A stretch of DNA of 64,000 bases, taken from the NCBI GenBank assembly GCA_964633445.1, contig CAZWFW010000001.1:6339-70338 (forward strand), read 5' to 3'. The position numbers were made by a program, and so were the translations under genes. Source of the stretch: Candidatus Undinarchaeota archaeon (GTDB lineage Archaea; Undinarchaeota; CAZWFW01). The notes under the pieces are model-generated. The model saw only the letters and a list, made by a program, of their open reading frames with translations, ran no database searches and had not been told where the DNA came from. Positions 61,279 through 64,000 of this stretch are shown piece by piece. The first letter of the stretch is position 1; each line of letters starts with the position of its first letter.

Positions 61279-62309
61279 AGAATTTAAAGCTAATTATTAT
61301 AGCTTTACTATTTTTACTCTTTGCTGAAAATTCTTTTTCACAAACAATTTATGGAAAGGCTAAGTCAGAATTATGCATAATTTATTCTTGTATTCCTGAG
61401 AACTTCACTTATGCTCAAGCTCTGCAGGAAATGAGAATAATCTATTCATGTATACCTAAAAATTTCACTTATACAGAAACTTCTGGAAAATTTAGGGTAA
61501 TCTATTCATGTATACCTAAAAATTTCACTTATACACAAATTTCTGGAAAAATGAGGGTAATTTATTCTTGCATACCACCTAATTTTATTTATCAAAGTTA
61601 CGAATTCGAAGGTTTTGAAATAAATGAAACCTGCCCACCCCAGCCAGCTGATCTGAAAATTCTAGACTATGATATTATTCCATTGTCAAGCCCCTTGGAG
61701 TCATTACAGAAATTCAGGCTCGAGGTTCTTGTCACATCAAACACAACGTGCTATGCAACTCTACTATTTAAGGATTACTCCACGTCTTTTTATATTCGTG
61801 CAAATGAAACAAAGGAGCTAGCAATTTATTTCGATGAAAATGTAAGTACAGAAAGCTTAACAAGGAAAATAGAAATAAGCTATCCACTTGAAGTTAATGA
61901 AAGCGATAATAAAAAAACAATAGTTCTTTACGTTCAGAACCCACCTAACGTTTTGAAAGCAAACGAAACATATGATTTTTCAGCCTCTGAGGGTAAGATA
62001 ATCGCAAGTGTTGATCTGAAATCTAGTGATGTTTGGACATGGATTGAGATTGAAGAAAACGATGATGCGAGGGGAATGAGTATAAAAAAGATTGTTAGGC
62101 AGGATGGAAAAGTTATTGAGAGATGGTTTAGAATAGGAAACAAGGTATACATTTTTGACGATCCATCAACCTACATCGTATACTATGTGAAACCATATCT
62201 GCCTGTAGTTGCCTATGAAACTAGCTTATTCATAGCAGTTCTAATTTCACTGGCAATAGGGATAATTGTTAGTTTGAGAACGGTTAGACGAAGTAAGATA
62301 GGAAGTTAA
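61275..62309 (+). CDS. secreted protein with four tandem 20-aa repeats and C-terminal TM anchor
   Basis: Signal peptide MKNLKLIIIALLFLLFAENSFS. Repeats (I/V)IYSCIP.NFTY....(M/F)R encoded by exact 60-bp tandem units. C-terminal hydrophobic helix LFIAVLISLAIGIIVSL. 4-nt overlap with the upstream gene. Confidence 0.55.
   Translation: MKNLKLIIIALLFLLFAENSFSQTIYGKAKSELCIIYSCIPENFTYAQALQEMRIIYSCIPKNFTYTETSGKFRVIYSCIPKNFTYTQISGKMRVIYSCIPPNFIYQSYEFEGFEINETCPPQPADLKILDYDIIPLSSPLESLQKFRLEVLVTSNTTCYATLLFKDYSTSFYIRANETKELAIYFDENVSTESLTRKIEISYPLEVNESDNKKTIVLYVQNPPNVLKANETYDFSASEGKIIASVDLKSSDVWTWIEIEENDDARGMSIKKIVRQDGKVIERWFRIGNKVYIFDDPSTYIVYYVKPYLPVVAYETSLFIAVLISLAIGIIVSLRTVRRSKIGS
61376..61600 (+). repeat. 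tandem direct repeat, period 60 bp, about 3.7 copies (coding)
   Basis: The units starting at 61381, 61441, 61501 and 61561 are in exact 60-nt register. Copies 2 and 3 are more than 90% identical (ATCTATTCATGTATACCTAAAAATTTCACTTATACA...). Confidence 0.8.
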
Positions 62310-62319
62310 GTATTAAGGT

Positions 62320-62417
62320 CTGTGAACTACCCACCGTTTTTAATGGGTGGCTTCCCCCAGATAAACACCACCACGGCTGGGGTCGGGCTGTTCACGAGCC
62401 CCGATGCCACCCATCAA
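62320..62417. other. GC-rich intergenic island 3: structured element upstream of the hypC promoter
   Basis: Nested helices: GGGUGGC...GCCACCC (62345-51 / 62406-12) enclose CCCCAG..CUGGGG and GGGCU-GUUCACG-AGCCC. The GUUCACGA hairpin loop is the same as the one in island 1 (33268-33284, opposite strand). Confidence 0.3.
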
Positions 62418-62446
62418 AGGTATTTAAATATTTCCCACCTCCTCCC
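62418..62446 (+). promoter_or_regulatory. consensus archaeal TATA box (TATTTAAATA) module oriented toward hypC
   Basis: AGGTATTTAAATATTTCCCACCTCCTCCC is nearly identical to the minus-strand module at 33169-33198. TATA at 62421-62430 lies about 140 nt upstream of the hypC ATG. Confidence 0.4.
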
Positions 62447-62570
62447 TAATTCACCCACCGATTGAAATCAGGGGTACTCTTAGCGACATTTTTATGGAAA
62501 TATTTATACTCTGCAAGACATTATTTTAACCTCTCAAATTTAGAAATACAGGGAAGTCAATGAAAAATTT

Positions 62571-62777
62571 ATGTGCTTAGGTGTGCCTGGTAAAGTGATT
62601 AAAATAATTGGCGATGAGGGTATAGTGGATTTTGGAGGTGTTAAAAGGAGAGTTGTGTTGGCTTTGCTGAAGGATTTAAAGGAAGGAGACTATGTTGTTG
62701 TTCATGCTGGTTTTGCGATTGAGAAAATTAATATGCAAGAGGTTAGAAAGCTAAAAGAAATACTTGAAAAATTTTGA
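62571..62777 (+). CDS. hypC: hydrogenase maturation factor HypC/HupF
   Basis: 68 aa. Invariant N-terminal MC(L)G(V)P and the OB-fold core (VDFGGVKRRV..EGDYVVVHAGFAIEKI). Confidence 0.85.
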   Translation: MCLGVPGKVIKIIGDEGIVDFGGVKRRVVLALLKDLKEGDYVVVHAGFAIEKINMQEVRKLKEILEKF

Positions 62778-63700
62778 AAGCAAATATGGTGAAGTATTAT
62801 CTATTTGCTGGCAAAGGCGGTGTTGGTAAAACTACAATGGCTTCCTCCTTAGCCTTATTGCTTTCAGAAAATTCAAAAGTTTTGCTGATATCTACAGATC
62901 CAGCGCATTCGCTTTCAGACATTTTTGAAACAGAAATTGGTGGTAAGGAAACAGAAGTAGACGAAAATTTGTTTGCCATAGAAATCTCTCCAGAGGATGC
63001 TTACAGAGAATATAAGCGCATAGTATCCTCTGCAAATTTAAATTTGCCTATGGATCTAAATTTTGATTTAACGCTAGAGGATTTTGAAGCACCTGGTGTT
63101 GATGAGGCTACAGCTTTTATGAAGTTTGTTGATTTAATAAATAATGCTAATTATGATTACATTGTTTTCGATACTGCTCCTACTGGACATACTCTAAGAT
63201 TTCTATCACTGCCTGACATATTGGACAGCTGGCTCGGAAAAATGATTAAATTGAGACTAAAGCTGGAAAGCATATTTGCTACATTCAAAGCATTGATACC
63301 TTTCATGAAAAAGGAGGATGAAAAAGATAAATCCTTAGAATTGTTGGATGAGCTAAGAAAAAAAGTTGAAAACTGTAAAGAGGTGCTAAGGGATGATAAA
63401 AAAACTAAGGTGAATATAGTTATGATTCCAGAGGATTTATCTATTTTTGAATCTGAAAGGGCAATAAAACAACTAGCAAAATATGGAATAAAAGTCAGCA
63501 GCATTATTGTCAACAAAGTTCAACCTCAATGCTCGTGCAATTTTTGTCAAGCAAGGATAAATATGCAAAAGGAGAAAATGAGAGTTATAAGATCGAAATT
63601 TTCAAATATGAAGATCATTGAAGTGCCTTTCTTTGAAAGGGAAGTTAAAGGCAGAGAAATGCTTTGGAAAGTTGCGAACTATTTACAAGAACTGTGCTGA
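62774..63700 (+). CDS. ArsA/Get3-family P-loop ATPase (single ArsA-type domain)
   Basis: Deviant Walker A AGKGGVGKTT. The ArsA/Get3 signature DTAPTGHTLRFL. CxC/CxxC cysteines (QCSCNFCQ). The start overlaps the hypC stop by 4 nt. Confidence 0.75.
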   Translation: MKANMVKYYLFAGKGGVGKTTMASSLALLLSENSKVLLISTDPAHSLSDIFETEIGGKETEVDENLFAIEISPEDAYREYKRIVSSANLNLPMDLNFDLTLEDFEAPGVDEATAFMKFVDLINNANYDYIVFDTAPTGHTLRFLSLPDILDSWLGKMIKLRLKLESIFATFKALIPFMKKEDEKDKSLELLDELRKKVENCKEVLRDDKKTKVNIVMIPEDLSIFESERAIKQLAKYGIKVSSIIVNKVQPQCSCNFCQARINMQKEKMRVIRSKFSNMKIIEVPFFEREVKGREMLWKVANYLQELC

Positions 63701-63712
63701 TTATATCATAAT

Positions 63713-63895
63713 TCATCGGGACTTTGTGAAAATCCTTATCCTCTGTAAGATTAGCCAAATCCCCCAAAGCTTTCCTGTTATATTTTTCTTTTTCCTTTTT
63801 CCTGTATTCTTTAAAATTCTTATAATTTCTTCAGCAGATTTTCTTCTTTTTATTAATGGACCTTCCTCCGAAGGTATAACTATAAACTTCTCCAC
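63713..63895 (-). CDS. possible small basic protein (GTG start), hypothetical
   Basis: 60-aa ORF rich in K/R (KRRKSAEEIIRILKNTGKRKKKN). The frame stays open upstream to an in-frame stop near 63990 without any ATG. Weak. Confidence 0.2.
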   Translation of the reverse strand: MEKFIVIPSEEGPLIKRRKSAEEIIRILKNTGKRKKKNITGKLWGIWLILQRIRIFTKSR

Positions 63896-64000
63896 CCTCT
63901 TTATACCGTACGCTTCTCTAAGTATTTTGGGAATACTATTTGCCGTTCCAACATATATAACTAATCTATAGGTGTACTGTGTTGCATTTTAATAATTTTT

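Noticed and set aside
61376-61600. CRISPR array
   Set aside because: The only regularly spaced repeat in the window is this 60-bp tandem array. The units are contiguous with no spacers and are in frame inside a CDS. No cas genes are present in the window.
62345-62413. tRNA or tRNA-like gene in GC island 3 (7-bp acceptor-like helix GGGUGGC/GCCACCC)
   Set aside because: There is no anticodon arm. The first internal helix has a 16-nt loop. The T-like hairpin loop GUUCACG is non-canonical. There is no discriminator/CCA context. It fits only as a generic nested hairpin element.

Overview
This 64 kb window comes from a low-GC (about one-third G+C by eye) archaeal chromosome, probably a hyperthermophile because it encodes reverse gyrase. 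Coding density is high and both strands are used.

Housekeeping and information-processing content:
- Reverse gyrase carrying a 485-aa LAGLIDADG intein.
- Translation and tRNA synthesis: aIF2-gamma, ribosomal protein S6e, aIF5B, nucleoside-diphosphate kinase, aspartyl-tRNA synthetase.
- Transcription and ribosome cluster conserved across archaea: L21e, RpoF, a DUF655 protein, KsgA, RpoL, a DUF99 protein, signal peptidase, TFS.
- Three tRNAs: Ala-CGC, Thr-GGU, Val-GAC.

Metabolism, repair and signalling content:
- Hydrogenase maturation: HypF, and a HypC gene translationally coupled to an ArsA/Get3-family ATPase.
- DNA repair and nucleotide enzymes: endonuclease III, a RecJ-like DHH nuclease, a radical-SAM+HhH protein, dCTP deaminase, and ThiM.
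- A TIP49/RuvB-like AAA+ ATPase.
- A chemotaxis module: cytoplasmic MCP, CheW, CheY.
- A stomatin/NfeD pair, an HtpX M48 protease, and a three-gene ABC transporter unit.

Accessory-looking content:
- A 1545-aa alpha-2-macroglobulin-like thioester protein (thioester motif GCVEQ). A cluster of about six transmembrane helices sits where the protease bait region would be. It closes a three-gene membrane/secreted cluster.
- A COG2865-type AlbA_2/HATPase/wHTH gene bracketed by two about 60-bp direct repeats made of GTTAAG submotifs, inserted between reverse gyrase and thiM.
- A 1623-aa cysteine-rich surface protein inserted between ndk and aIF5B.
- Downstream of endonuclease III, a secreted-protein cluster containing a DUF2341 protein and a protein with exact 60-bp tandem repeats.
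- Three intergenic GC-rich islands that share sequence modules, including an identical consensus TATA box (TTTAAATA) followed by TTTCCCACC.CCTCCC. The modules occur in opposite orientations and each points at a downstream gene (dcd and hypC).

No rRNA genes and no CRISPR array were seen. The many antisense ORFs in the six-frame track are spurious.
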